DNA from: Methanocaldococcus jannaschii DSM 2661
GTDB taxonomy: Archaea; AGJL01; Methanococci; Methanococcales; Methanocaldococcaceae
Direction: 5' to 3'
DNA: 32,000 nucleotides
NCBI RefSeq assembly: GCF_000091665.1
Contig: NC_000909.1
Location: 790,712 to 822,711, forward strand
Shown: one piece after another, positions 1 to 10,147 of the stretch
How the letters are laid out: every line of letters starts with the position of its first letter
Position numbering within the stretch: the stretch's first letter is position 1
Position numbers and translations under genes: made by a program
The notes under the pieces: generated by a model
The model's database searches: none
What the model saw: only the letters and a program-made list of their open reading frames with translations
Told to the model about the DNA's origin: nothing

Positions 1-525
1 TAACTCTTTGGCTTTATTAACGATTTTTTCTCTTGGATAAGATATTAGCCCACCTCTTGCTATTTTCACAATGCAGTAACTGCAGTTTCCTATACAACCT
101 TCACATATTGGCAATGGAGTAATTAATGATGGTTTTAAGTAATCTAACTTCTTATAGAGTGTTTTGTTGATGTCCTCTTCAATATATGGCATTCTGTAGT
201 GTTTTTCAACGTAATTTTTCAATATCTCTCCAGCTTTGTGAGCTTCTCTTGGATATATATGTAGGAATCCTTTAACCTTATTCTTTAAAGCCTTTGGCAA
301 ACATCCAGCAACAACAACCTCCTTTCCTAAATTTTTAAGTTCGTTTATTCTGTAAATCATTCTATTCTCTGTTTCTAATCTAACAACACATGTGTTTATT
401 ATTGCAATATCTGCCTCTTCTAAGTTATTAACTACTTCAAATCCATGTTTTTTTAGAGAATTCTTTATAATTTCTGTATCAGCGGTGTTTAAAACGCATC
501 CATAGCCCTCAACATATACTCTCAT
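1..525 (-). CDS. tRNA N6-threonylcarbamoyladenosine (t6A) methylthiotransferase, MiaB/e-MtaB-like; 3' end truncated by the window edge
   Basis: Manual reverse-strand reading gives MRVYVEGYGCVLNTADTEIIKNSLKKHGFEVVNNLEEADIAIINTCVVRLETENRMIYRINELKNLGKEVVVAGC...ICEGCIGNCSYCIVKIARGG. This has the N-terminal Cys motifs and the CxxxCxxC radical-SAM motif of the family. A GGTGAT-like RBS lies just upstream; an in-frame ATG also exists at 531. Confidence 0.88.
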   Translation of the reverse strand, partial: MRVYVEGYGCVLNTADTEIIKNSLKKHGFEVVNNLEEADIAIINTCVVRLETENRMIYRINELKNLGKEVVVAGCLPKALKNKVKGFLHIYPREAHKAGEILKNYVEKHYRMPYIEEDINKTLYKKLDYLKPSLITPLPICEGCIGNCSYCIVKIARGGLISYPREKIVNKAKEL

Positions 526-645
526 ATCCATCACCACTTGTAAATAATATAACCACATATTTAAATTTTATGTTGTGCATTATTTAATAATAACCAAATA
601 AGAAATAGAAAATAAAATAGCAATAGCAAGTTAGAGTTTATAAAC

Positions 646-1029
646 TTACTCAATCAAATCAGAAAATAGCTTTATGATATCCTTTGAGCTTAAAACACCA
701 ACAATTTTATCTTCACATGGTGATTTCACATATAAATGATGAATCCCTTTTTCAGCCATAATCTCAACGGCTTTTTCTAATGGAGCTTCTGGGCTAACAG
801 TTATTGGATTTGTTGTCATTATCTCCTCCGCTGTTTTATCTAAATCATTATAGTGTTTTAATACATCTGTATCTGTTATAATTCCCCAGAATGTCTCTCC
901 ATCAGAAACTACGACAGATGATATATCATACTTTGCCATTGTTTTAATAACATCGCTTAATTTTGTATCTAAGGTTACTTCAACAACTCCCTTTTTCATA
1001 ACATCTCTAACCAAATACTTTGATATCAT
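646..1029 (-). CDS. CBS domain pair protein
   Basis: 127-aa ORF with two CBS-like repeats ([35 protein letters not shown]...; [35 protein letters not shown]). Confidence 0.9.
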
Positions 1030-1244
1030 GCTTACACCTCCTCAATTATATATTTACTATTCTTAGGTTTTTATAAATTCTCTTCTTTTTGAAACATACT
1101 GTAGTTATAAACCAAAATCTTTATATAGTCAAATATGACAATTGATGTATGATAACCTTCATATATTTCTTTGGCAATATCATCTATTACCTCCCAATTT
1201 ATTCATATATTAACAATTACAAATTTATGCTTATGGTGATAATA

Positions 1245-2207
1245 ATGGATGATTTAACTCAACTACCTGGTGTAGGTCCTACAACAGCTGAGAAGTTAAA
1301 AGAAGCTGGTTACACTGATTTTATGAAAATTGCAACTGCATCCATCGGTGAGCTAACAGAAATAGATGGAATTAGTGAGAAAGCTGCAGCCAGGATTATA
1401 GAAGCTGCAAGAGAACTCTGCAATTTAGGGTTTAAAAGTGGAACTGAGGTTTTATCCCAAAGAAAAAATATATGGAAGCTCTCAACTGGAAGTAAGAACT
1501 TAGATGAGATTTTAGGAGGAGGCTTGGAGAGTCAGTCAGTTACTGAATTTGCTGGAATGTTTGGTTCTGGTAAAACCCAGATAGCTCATCAGGCATGTGT
1601 TAATTTGCAGTGCCCAGAGAGAATAGTAGCAGATGACGCAATAAAGGATGAGATTTTAAATGAACCAAAGGCAGTTTATATTGACACAGAAGGAACATTC
1701 AGACCAGAAAGAATTGTCCAAATGGCAGAAGCTTTGGGTTTAGATGGAAATGAAGTTTTAAATAACATCTTTGTAGCAAGAGCCTACAACTCAGATATGC
1801 AAATGTTGTATGCTGAAAATGTTGAGAATTTAATAAGAGAAGGGCATAATATAAAGTTGGTTATAGTTGATTCATTAACATCAACATTCAGAACTGAGTA
1901 TATAGGAAGAGGTAAATTAGCAGAGAGACAACAAAAATTAGGAAGGCACATGGCTACTCTCAACAAATTAGCTGATATATACAACTGTGTTGTTATAGTA
2001 ACTAACCAAGTAGCTGCAAGACCAGATGCTTTATTTGGACCTTCAGAGCAGGCAATTGGAGGGCATATTGTTGGGCATGCAGCAACATTTAGAATATTCC
2101 TAAGAAAGGCAAAAGGAGATAAGAGGGTTGCTAAGCTTTATGATTCTCCACACTTACCAGATGCTGAAGCAATGTTTAGGATAACCGAAAAGGGAATTCA
2201 TGATTAA
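1245..2207 (+). CDS. radA: RadA, archaeal RecA/Rad51-family recombinase
   Basis: HhH N-terminal domain ([17 protein letters not shown]), Walker A ([12 protein letters not shown]), Walker B ([12 protein letters not shown]), conserved C-terminus [16 protein letters not shown]. The track ORF begins at 1149, but GGTGAT at 1235-1240 followed by ATG at 1245 fits better as the start. Confidence 0.96.
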
Positions 2208-2273
2208 TTCTTTAAATTAATTTTTAAAATATATCTTTAAAAAATAAAAGAAATAAAACATCTAAAAAATTAA

Positions 2274-4136
2274 TTAGCAGATTTCTTTTTTCATCAACTC
2301 TTTTACTTCTTCTAAGAACTTTCCATACCCAACTCTTTTCATAACTGCAGCTAATCTTTCTCTTTGTGGTTTTTCAGCATATTTGCCATAAACAACCAAC
2401 ACCTTATCAATAAAGTTTATAATTTCATCAACACTCATCAACTTCATTTTAACTCCTTCAACAACCTCTCTTCCAGTTTTTCCACCAACATAAACTAAAT
2501 AACCCTCTTCTTTAACTTCCCTTGCCTCATTTGGACAGTTTTTAATACATTTTCCGCAGCCAACACATACGTTGTAATTTGTGTAAGATGTTTCTCCTCT
2601 AATATCAATTGCCTCAACCTTACAAACCTCAGCACATCTTCCGCAACCGTTACATTTTTCTTCATTTACCTTTGGATATTTTACTCCAGCTATTCCAATA
2701 TCATGAACTTGTGGTCTTACACATCCGTTTGGGCAACCGCTAATTGCAATTTTAAACTTATATGGAGCAGGTCTCTCTTTGAAGTTATCTTCAATGATTC
2801 TTGCAAGTTCTGTTGTATCTACTAAACCACTGCTACAGTTTCCTCCTCCAGGACAAGCCAATGTTGCTCTGACTAAAGGCCCCTCTGAACCTGTTAGAAG
2901 ACCTTTTTCTCTCAACCTTAAAACAATATCTTCAACATCAAATCCACTAATACCGTGAAGTTCATAGCCAGCTCTATCAGTTACTTTTATCTTTGCATTG
3001 TATTCTTCTGCAATATCTAAAATTTCTTTTATCTCCTCTGGCTTATACCATCCTCCTGGCTTAGCTCTAACTCTTATAAAGTATGTTCCATCTGCTCTCT
3101 TTCCAATTCCTCCGTAATCTGCAGTCCAGTAGAATGAAACATACTCATTATTTTCTCTCCTTCTCTCAACTTCTTTCTTAAATCTCTTTAATTTTAGCTG
3201 TCTTAATTTCTCAATTTCTTCTAAATTAACTCCTTCTTTTAATTCTACAGCATTTTTAATTTCCTCTCCCTTTTCAGTTCTTATTATGATTGTTGAATAA
3301 CCATCTGGACTTCCAACACACCCAACTGAAACATCCGCCATCTCTGCATCAAAATCCCTACACATCTTACAGCCAGAGCAGATTTCAAACTCTTTTAGGT
3401 CAAATTCCTTCTTCTCTCCATTTACATAAACGAGGAGTTTTCCTTTCTTAATGTCAAATTTCTCAACTTTTTCAATATCTATTCCATGTTTTGATAGAAC
3501 TTCCTTCATGTTGTCGTATCTAAACTTCTCAGTGCAGAATAAGCCAATTAAATACTCTATTTTTGGCAGTTTTACTGGCTTTCCATTTCTTCCTAATTCA
3601 AGGTCGTGCTTAGCATGGTATGGGAAATACTGCAGTTTTCTCAATCCGTTAATTTGGCAAGGCAATCCAACAACAGCAACTTTCTCTAAACCCATCTCTC
3701 CAGCCTTTCTTAATGCATCTAAGGTTGAGATTGCATATTTTGATTTTGCAGTTTTTAATAAATCCTCTGCATTTTGAACAACCAATGAAACTGGTTTCCA
3801 GCATTCATCTCCAACGACTATAGCTCCATCTATCTTTCCGTTTTCTAATAGGTATTTTAGAAATGCTGTAACAACTCCCCCATCTTGTCCTTCAATATCA
3901 CTTTTTGCATAATAGTATTTTTCATAAAACTTCTCTCTAATCTTTATCTGATACTTTGCAGAAGAAACTCTTGGACATACTTCAAAACACATTCCATGAC
4001 CTTTTCTTAAACATTCATCGATTAACTTTGGTCTTTCATCAAAGGTTAATATACCATTAGGACATACTATAGTGCAGGTCCCACATCTTGCACATACTCC
4101 ACTATCGACTATTTCATTTAACTTCCACTCATACAT
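2274..4136 (-). CDS. fsr: Coenzyme F420-dependent sulfite reductase (Fsr): FrhB/FpoF-like F420H2 oxidase domain fused to a siroheme sulfite reductase domain
   Basis: 620-aa ORF with N-terminal ferredoxin motif CARCGTCTIVCPNG, FrhB-like central region (CSGCKMCRDF..ADVSVGCVGSPDGYSTIIIRT), siroheme/4Fe-4S motifs (CPGGGNCSSG...ISGCPNGC), and internal ferredoxin motifs (CNGCGRCAEVCKVEAI; CVGCGKCIKNCPN). Confidence 0.95.
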   Translation of the reverse strand: MYEWKLNEIVDSGVCARCGTCTIVCPNGILTFDERPKLIDECLRKGHGMCFEVCPRVSSAKYQIKIREKFYEKYYYAKSDIEGQDGGVVTAFLKYLLENGKIDGAIVVGDECWKPVSLVVQNAEDLLKTAKSKYAISTLDALRKAGEMGLEKVAVVGLPCQINGLRKLQYFPYHAKHDLELGRNGKPVKLPKIEYLIGLFCTEKFRYDNMKEVLSKHGIDIEKVEKFDIKKGKLLVYVNGEKKEFDLKEFEICSGCKMCRDFDAEMADVSVGCVGSPDGYSTIIIRTEKGEEIKNAVELKEGVNLEEIEKLRQLKLKRFKKEVERRRENNEYVSFYWTADYGGIGKRADGTYFIRVRAKPGGWYKPEEIKEILDIAEEYNAKIKVTDRAGYELHGISGFDVEDIVLRLREKGLLTGSEGPLVRATLACPGGGNCSSGLVDTTELARIIEDNFKERPAPYKFKIAISGCPNGCVRPQVHDIGIAGVKYPKVNEEKCNGCGRCAEVCKVEAIDIRGETSYTNYNVCVGCGKCIKNCPNEAREVKEEGYLVYVGGKTGREVVEGVKMKLMSVDEIINFIDKVLVVYGKYAEKPQRERLAAVMKRVGYGKFLEEVKELMKKEIC

Positions 4137-4153
4137 TTTTTCACCACTAAATG

Positions 4154-4172
4154 TGTGATTGATTTATTCACA
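4154..4172. promoter_or_regulatory. Candidate operator: TGTG-N11-CACA within extended dyad GTGTGA-N9-TCACAC, fsr 5' region
   Basis: Dyad arms at 4153-4158 and 4168-4173, just downstream of the fsr TATA-like sequence (reverse-strand TTTTATATAG near 4205-4196). Confidence 0.5.
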
Positions 4173-4211
4173 CTTTAATGCTATTTAATAAAACTATATA
4201 AAACTTACTAA

Positions 4212-4230
4212 TGTGTTCATGAATTACACA
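4212..4230. promoter_or_regulatory. Candidate operator: second TGTG-N11-CACA dyad, fsr / membrane-protein divergent intergenic region
   Basis: TGTGT (4212-4216) N9 ACACA (4226-4230), same spacing as the first site. Confidence 0.45.
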
Positions 4231-4321
4231 CATATAAATTTCCCCCAAATGTGTATTTATATTTTTTGATATTTTTTGAATTGAGAATTGAATGTTATTT
4301 TAATAATATTAGGTGATAGTT

Positions 4322-5266
4322 GTGGATTACATAACTCCATTAATGGAGAGTATGAAAATCTCTGCTTATTATACCATAAGAATATCTATTATTGTTTTAA
4401 CAACGGTGTTTATTGTTAATTACATTATGAGTACTGGCATCATGAAGAAGCTAAGTAATATGTTATCTCCAATTTTAAGAAGGCTTAAAGTTAATCCTCT
4501 TTCAATATCCTCTACTTTAGCATGCTTTTTCAGCCCAACAGTAGGATACTCAATTTTAGCAGAGGGATTGAAGGAGAATAAAGTAAATGAAAGAGAGGTT
4601 ATAGGAGCTTCTTTAGCAAATTCATTCCCTTCAGTTTTGTCCCATACATTCACATTTTTTATTCCAGTTGTTGTTCCAATTTTAGGACATACAGGAGTTT
4701 TATATGTCTTGATAAGGTTGGGGGTAGCTTTAGCAAAGACAATAATTGGATTTTTATATTTATCAATTATATCAGAGGATTATTCCTTTGAGATGCCAGA
4801 GATAAATAAATTAAACAAAAAGGAGAATGCAAAGAAATCATTTAAAAGCACTATTAGATTTGCCAAGAGATTAATACCAATAATGTTTTTTATGATGACA
4901 TTGGTTCTCTATTTGTCTAAAATTGGATTTTTTGATTATGTTGAGAAATTTGTTCAACCAATAACAAACTTGCTAAATTTAAATCCCAACGTTGGCATTT
5001 TGGCATTGACAGAGATTATGAATGTGCAGGCAGCTATAGTTATGGCTGGTGGATTTTTAAATGAGGGAATTTTGAGCTCAAAAGAGGTTTTAATTGGTTT
5101 GATTATTGGGAATGTTTTGACATTCTCAACAAGATATGTTAAGCATTCCTTACCTTTGCATGTTTCTCTATTTGGAGCTAAGTTAGGGACTAAAATAGTT
5201 ATGGTTAATGCAGCAATCACTTTGTTGTTGGATATCTTTATAATAGCGGGGCTTTTATTAATTTAA
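4322..5266 (+). CDS. Integral membrane protein with nucleoside-recognition/Gate-like family character; paralog of the ORF at 14690..15616
   Basis: About 315-aa ORF with many TM segments. Motifs shared with the later paralog: SPTVGYSILAEGLKENKVNEREV and LIGNVLTFSTRYVKHSLPLHVSLFGAKLG. The track starts at GTG 4313, but an AGGTGAT RBS at 4311-4317 points to GTG 4322. Confidence 0.75.
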   Translation: MDYITPLMESMKISAYYTIRISIIVLTTVFIVNYIMSTGIMKKLSNMLSPILRRLKVNPLSISSTLACFFSPTVGYSILAEGLKENKVNEREVIGASLANSFPSVLSHTFTFFIPVVVPILGHTGVLYVLIRLGVALAKTIIGFLYLSIISEDYSFEMPEINKLNKKENAKKSFKSTIRFAKRLIPIMFFMMTLVLYLSKIGFFDYVEKFVQPITNLLNLNPNVGILALTEIMNVQAAIVMAGGFLNEGILSSKEVLIGLIIGNVLTFSTRYVKHSLPLHVSLFGAKLGTKIVMVNAAITLLLDIFIIAGLLLI

Positions 5267-5306
5267 TGTATTTTAAATAAAAATAAACCAAAAGATTTAA
5301 TTAATT

Positions 5307-6482
5307 TTATTTGATTTTGTAATAGTATTTTAAATCATCGTCTCCTCCAAACAACTCTGGGTGAATCATCTTTGCAAAGTCCATCATATAACCAGCTGGG
5401 TCTCTTGCCTCCCAAACATAATAATCTGGATGAGACACATAGAACCTTCCAGTTTTAAATGCTTTAAATTCAGCAAAGTTTGGATTTATTTTTAATAAAT
5501 CTTCTTTTGTCTTAACATCTCCATAGAACCATATTAATATAACAACATCTGCGTTCATAGCCCTTTCATAAAACGTTTCTTTATCTACATATTGATAGCC
5601 TCTATTATAATCATCAAATACATTTTTACCTTTAAACTCAGCAATCATTTTGCTGTAATAACTATCATTTCCATAGATTCCTGGCATATTTTTGGTTTTT
5701 GACCAGCTGAAGATAACAACCGTTGGTTCATTTGTTACATTTTGAACCTTTTTCAATATATTTTCTCTTACTTTAACTACATTTTCAAACCATTTATCTG
5801 CTTTTTTATATGCGTTGGATCCCCAGAATGCCGCGGCAAATTTTATCCACTCTACTCTTCCCATGTATGTTGGTTCTTGATAGGTGTAGAATCTTGAAAC
5901 AGTTACTCCCAATTCTTTTAGTTTCTCTTCAACCACATCTTCACTCTTCCAGTCACCTAAAAAAACAATATCTGGAGTCAAATTTACTATTAACTCATAA
6001 TTTACTCCTTTACTTGGACTTCCTATATCTACCACTTTTCCTTCATCAAACAATTCTTTAAGTTTTGGCGACTTTTCTACAGCATACTTTGGAGCCCCAA
6101 CTATAGTATGATGATAGGCATTCAATATGTCTGCTGCTGATATAATTGGGCAATAAAAGTCTGTAACGATTCTTTTTACAGGAACTTTTATTATCTTCCC
6201 ATCTGAAATGTTAGGAGCCTTAGCATTTCCTTCAACCAAAACAAACTTGTTACCCACAGAATCAGCAACTACACAATAACCCTCATCCCAGTGAGGATAG
6301 AGTTTGAACGTTTCTGCGTATCTAACCACATTAACTCCTAATTTTGGCTGAGTTTCAGCTTTTTGTGATTCAGATTGGGTAGTTTGTTGAAGCTGAGTTG
6401 TAGTTTTACTCTCTTCCACACATCCTGCAAATGCAACTATAACCCCAATCATTAAAATTGATAGTAAGAATAATTTTCTCAT
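5307..6482 (-). CDS. Periplasmic substrate-binding lipoprotein of an iron/corrinoid/tetrapyrrole-type ABC transporter (BtuF/FecB-like)
   Basis: Signal peptide and lipobox-like MRKLFLLSILMIGVIVAFAGCVEES. Class-III binding-protein signatures: KIIKVPVKRIV, IVNLTPDIVFLGDWKSEDVV, NPNFAEFKAFKTGRFYVSHPDYYVWEARDPAGYMMDFAKMIHPELF. The track start at 6524 adds 14 aa; the ATG at 6482 begins the signal peptide. Confidence 0.87.
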   Translation of the reverse strand: MRKLFLLSILMIGVIVAFAGCVEESKTTTQLQQTTQSESQKAETQPKLGVNVVRYAETFKLYPHWDEGYCVVADSVGNKFVLVEGNAKAPNISDGKIIKVPVKRIVTDFYCPIISAADILNAYHHTIVGAPKYAVEKSPKLKELFDEGKVVDIGSPSKGVNYELIVNLTPDIVFLGDWKSEDVVEEKLKELGVTVSRFYTYQEPTYMGRVEWIKFAAAFWGSNAYKKADKWFENVVKVRENILKKVQNVTNEPTVVIFSWSKTKNMPGIYGNDSYYSKMIAEFKGKNVFDDYNRGYQYVDKETFYERAMNADVVILIWFYGDVKTKEDLLKINPNFAEFKAFKTGRFYVSHPDYYVWEARDPAGYMMDFAKMIHPELFGGDDDLKYYYKIK

Positions 6483-6647
6483 AATATCACTCTGTTCATA
6501 TTTTTTAAAAAAAATTAATAACATTTAGGACTATAAAGATTATCTAATATAAATTTTACTATTATTATTGTTATTAATTGTTAGGAGTTATTAAGTATTT
6601 CATATCATAAATTATAAAAAACCTTATTTTATTTAAAAATCATTTGA

Positions 6648-7529
6648 GTGATGCTTATGTTGAAAACAGAAAACTTATCTGTTGGATATGGAAACTATGT
6701 AGTAGTTGAAGGCATAAATTTGGAAATAAACAGAGGAGAAATTTTGTGTATTATAGGCCCTAATGGAGCAGGGAAATCAACACTCTTAAAAACAATAGCA
6801 ACTTATTTAAAACCAAAGAAGGGAGTGGTTTATTTAAATGGAAAAAAGATTCATGATTTAAAGCCAAAGGATTTAGCAAAGGAAATGGCTGTTGTTCTAA
6901 CAGAGAGGGTTAATCCAGGAAACATGACAGGTTTTGATGTTGTAGCAATTGGAAGACACCCATATACTGATTTATTTGGTAGATTGACAGAGAGGGATAA
7001 AAAGATTATAATCGAATCGGCAAGGGCAGTTAATGCAGAATATTTGTTGGAGAAAAATTTCTTTGAGATGAGTGATGGAGAAAGGCAAAAAATAATGATA
7101 GCAAGGGCATTAGCTCAAGAACCAAAGGTTTTAATCTTGGATGAACCAACATCATTCTTAGATGCCAAGCATAAAATTGAATTAACTTTATTATTGAGAA
7201 AGTTAGCAGATGAGAAAAATTTAGCCATAGTTGTTACTTTACACGATATTGAACTTGCTTTAAGAATTGCTGATAAGATGGCTTTGATAAAGAATCATAA
7301 AGTTATTGCTTATGGATATCCTGAAAATGTTATGAAAAGGGAGATAGTTAATGAACTCTATGATTTAAAGAATGCCAATTATAGTGAGGTTATTGGTTAT
7401 TTTGAATTAAAGAACAATCCAATAAAAAATAAAAAAATATTTGTTATATGTGGAGGAGGAACTGGGGCTAATGTTTTGAGATATTTGGTTAAGAATAGAT
7501 ATGATGTTGTTGTTGGCCATCTTGCATAA
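6648..7529 (+). CDS. ABC transporter ATP-binding subunit (BtuD/FecE/HmuV-like); C-terminal extension interrupted by a frameshift near 7518
   Basis: Walker A (GPNGAGKST), signature-like MSDGERQKIMIARALAQEP, Walker B (KVLILDEPTS), H-loop (TLHDIEL). The C-terminal domain FVICGGGTGANVLRYLVKNRYDVVVG continues in another frame. Confidence 0.92.
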   Translation: MMLMLKTENLSVGYGNYVVVEGINLEINRGEILCIIGPNGAGKSTLLKTIATYLKPKKGVVYLNGKKIHDLKPKDLAKEMAVVLTERVNPGNMTGFDVVAIGRHPYTDLFGRLTERDKKIIIESARAVNAEYLLEKNFFEMSDGERQKIMIARALAQEPKVLILDEPTSFLDAKHKIELTLLLRKLADEKNLAIVVTLHDIELALRIADKMALIKNHKVIAYGYPENVMKREIVNELYDLKNANYSEVIGYFELKNNPIKNKKIFVICGGGTGANVLRYLVKNRYDVVVGHLA

Positions 7530-7782
7530 AAATGATGCTGATTACTTTATAGCAGAGGCAATGGGAGTTAAGATAATTGAGGAAGAGGCATATAAAAAGA
7601 TATCAAAAGAAACATTTGAAGAGGCATTAAAAGAATTAAAAAATTCGGATGTTGTTGTTTATACAGATTTCCCTATAGGAGAGATGAATGAGCTAAATTT
7701 AAAGCTTATTGAAGAGGCAAAAAATTTAAAAAAGAGGATGATTTTTTACGAAGATGATATTTCAGTTTTGAAAGAGATTTAA
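7519..7782 (+). pseudogene. Continuation of the C-terminal domain of the ABC ATPase, out of frame with the upstream ORF
   Basis: Skipping one base near 7518 joins ...NRYDVVVG to ILHKNDADYFIAEAMGVKIIEEEAYKKISKETFEEALKELKNSDVVVYTDFPIGEMNELNLKLIEEAKNLKKRMIFYEDD, a coherent Rossmann-like extension. The separate ORF called from 7501 is probably not an independent gene. Confidence 0.8.
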
Positions 7783-7898
7783 CTTTTAGAATTAGCTTGG
7801 TGAATAATATCTCTTTTTTAGGTATATTCATAAAAGTTTATATGTAGTAGGAAGTATAATATCAAATATAGTAATTTAAATTTGAATAGGGGGTTTGT

Positions 7899-10145
7899 AT
7901 GGACTCTAATATCTTAAATATTAGAGAACTTAGAAAACAGGCTGTTAACTTAGAGAAAGAAGCAAAAAAAGAAAAACAGAATGGAAATTATAAGAAATCT
8001 GCAGAATTATTTTTAAAAGCATCAGAAATTTATAATAAAATTAGGGATGAGAAAAACAAAAAATGGACACTTGCTAATTATTATTCTATTATGGCGAAAG
8101 AATATTCGTTTTCTAATGAATTTGATAAAGCGAGGGAATTTTATAAAAAAGCTGAAGAATTATTTTTAGAACTAGGGATAAAGAAATCCGCTATGTATTG
8201 TTTTTATTATTATTTAAAGACCTACATATATGAAGAAAAAGAAAAAGTAGAGAAAAAAGACAACGATAAATATTTAGAACTTTTAAACAAATATATAATT
8301 GAAGCTGAACAATTTTTAGAGAAGTATAAAGAGTTTTCAGATATTTGGATGTATTTTGATATAAAAATATACTATTATAAGAAACTATCAATAAAACATA
8401 GGAAATTCGAAGGAAACCTCGATAAAGCCATAGAATTAACAGAGAAGTGTTATAAGTTAGCGGAGGAATCATACAATAAATTTAATGACAAAAACTACAA
8501 AAAAGCAGAAATTTTTAATAAACATTTCTACTACAATTTGATGGCTCAAAAATTTGAGAGTGAAAGGAAATTTAAAGAAGCTGCAGAATATTATAAAAAA
8601 TCTGGAGACACAATAAAAGAAATTGATGAAAAAATTGCTTATGATGAATATGCAAATAGCTACAAATGGTTGGCTATTGAGAACAAATACAACAAAGAAA
8701 AATTTGAGGAGTATATTAACAAAGCTATAGAATTTTCAGAAAAAAGAGGAGATAAACTACAGGAATACTATTATTTGGGATTAAAATATGACCATTTAGT
8801 AAGATTTGCTAATGATTTGGAAGAAAAAATCGATTATATCAAAAAATCAAAAGAATATTATTACAGGTCTAAAAGCTTCGAATTCGCTAAATATATGGAA
8901 TATTTAGAGTATTATTATCAATTTAAGTATGAATTACTCAATGGAAATTATGAAAAAGCTTTAAATTTCTTACAAAAAGCTAAAAAATCTTTAAAAAATG
9001 TGAAAATATCAAATATAATCTTTTCAAAATATACTCTGGAGTGCGATGAACTTATTTGTAGATTTTATTTAAGTATTTCACAAGGAGAGTTTAAAAAGTC
9101 TGTGGAATTATTGGATGAATACTTAGAAATATCATTAAAAATATTATCCGATTGGAAAAATACAAGAAAATATAAGTTCTATGAATATTTAAAACCTTGC
9201 GTAGAAATCTTAAGTAAAGAGTCATTTACAAAAGATGATTTGTTCTTATTAGAAGATGTTATCTTAGAGGTAAGAAATGAAAAAATTAGCCTTAATTTAT
9301 ATAAAATATGCTCTTTAACTTATGCTTATGTTTCATTATGGAAAAACAAGATAAGAGATAAAGAAATACTTGAAAAAATAAAATTAAAGATTATTAAACA
9401 AATTACAACCGAAGATGTTTCAAAAGATTTAGAAAATAGAATAAAAATCCAAATGGCAATAGAAAGAAATGATTGGTTATTGAGATTACCACCAGCACTT
9501 GTTGAAAATTTTGATAATTGCATATACTTCTTAGAAGAAGTTTTAGATGAGTTTAAACATGCTGCATATAGGGAGTTTTATAGATTGTTGGAAAATTACC
9601 TAAAAATTATTGTTGAATTTAATGCTATGGCATTATGGGGGGATACTTGGAAACAAATATTAGAAGAAAAAATATCTAACAGAAAAAAACCTTTCGAAAT
9701 ATTTACCTTTGGAGATTTTGCTCAATCTCTAAGGTTACTTAAAAATGAAGGTTGTGAATATTGTAAAAATATCGATGACGAGATTTTTGATTTATTGGAC
9801 AAACATGTTAAAATTAGAAATAATTTATCTCATGATTTCAATGCAAAAGCTCCTGAAGATATTGATATAAAGGGAGATACTCTCAAAATAATCTATAGCA
9901 CGTTAAATGCATTTCCGATATGTGTAAAGGTAACACACGATAAAAAGAAACCTTGGTATGGTGTTGAGGTTATATGGAATCAATTACCTAAAAAAATGTC
10001 ATTATACTCAAATACTGAACTGAAAAAAGGATGTTTATACTATATCGAGCCATATTCAAATATTTTAGATAAAAACAAAATGCATCCAAAAATCATAATA
10101 CCAATTGAAGTATCAAAAGATATTGTTTATCCAAATAAAAATTAA
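7899..10145 (+). CDS. Large helical TPR-like repeat protein with C-terminal HEPN-like R-x4-H motif; function unknown
   Basis: 748-aa uninterrupted ORF. Helical repeats contain TPR-like segments ([39 protein letters not shown]; [36 protein letters not shown]; [28 protein letters not shown]). RNNLSH at aa 640-645 (nt 9816-9833) fits the HEPN Rx4-6H motif. RBS at GGGGGT and TATA-like tttatatg upstream. Confidence 0.7.
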
Positions 10146-10147
10146 AA

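Noticed and set aside
1784-1984. Antisense 66-aa ORF within radA
   Set aside because: Shadow ORF on the opposite strand of a strongly supported gene; no domain-like pattern or RBS.
3451-3777. 108-aa plus-strand ORF within fsr
   Set aside because: Low-complexity antisense shadow of the Fsr coding sequence.
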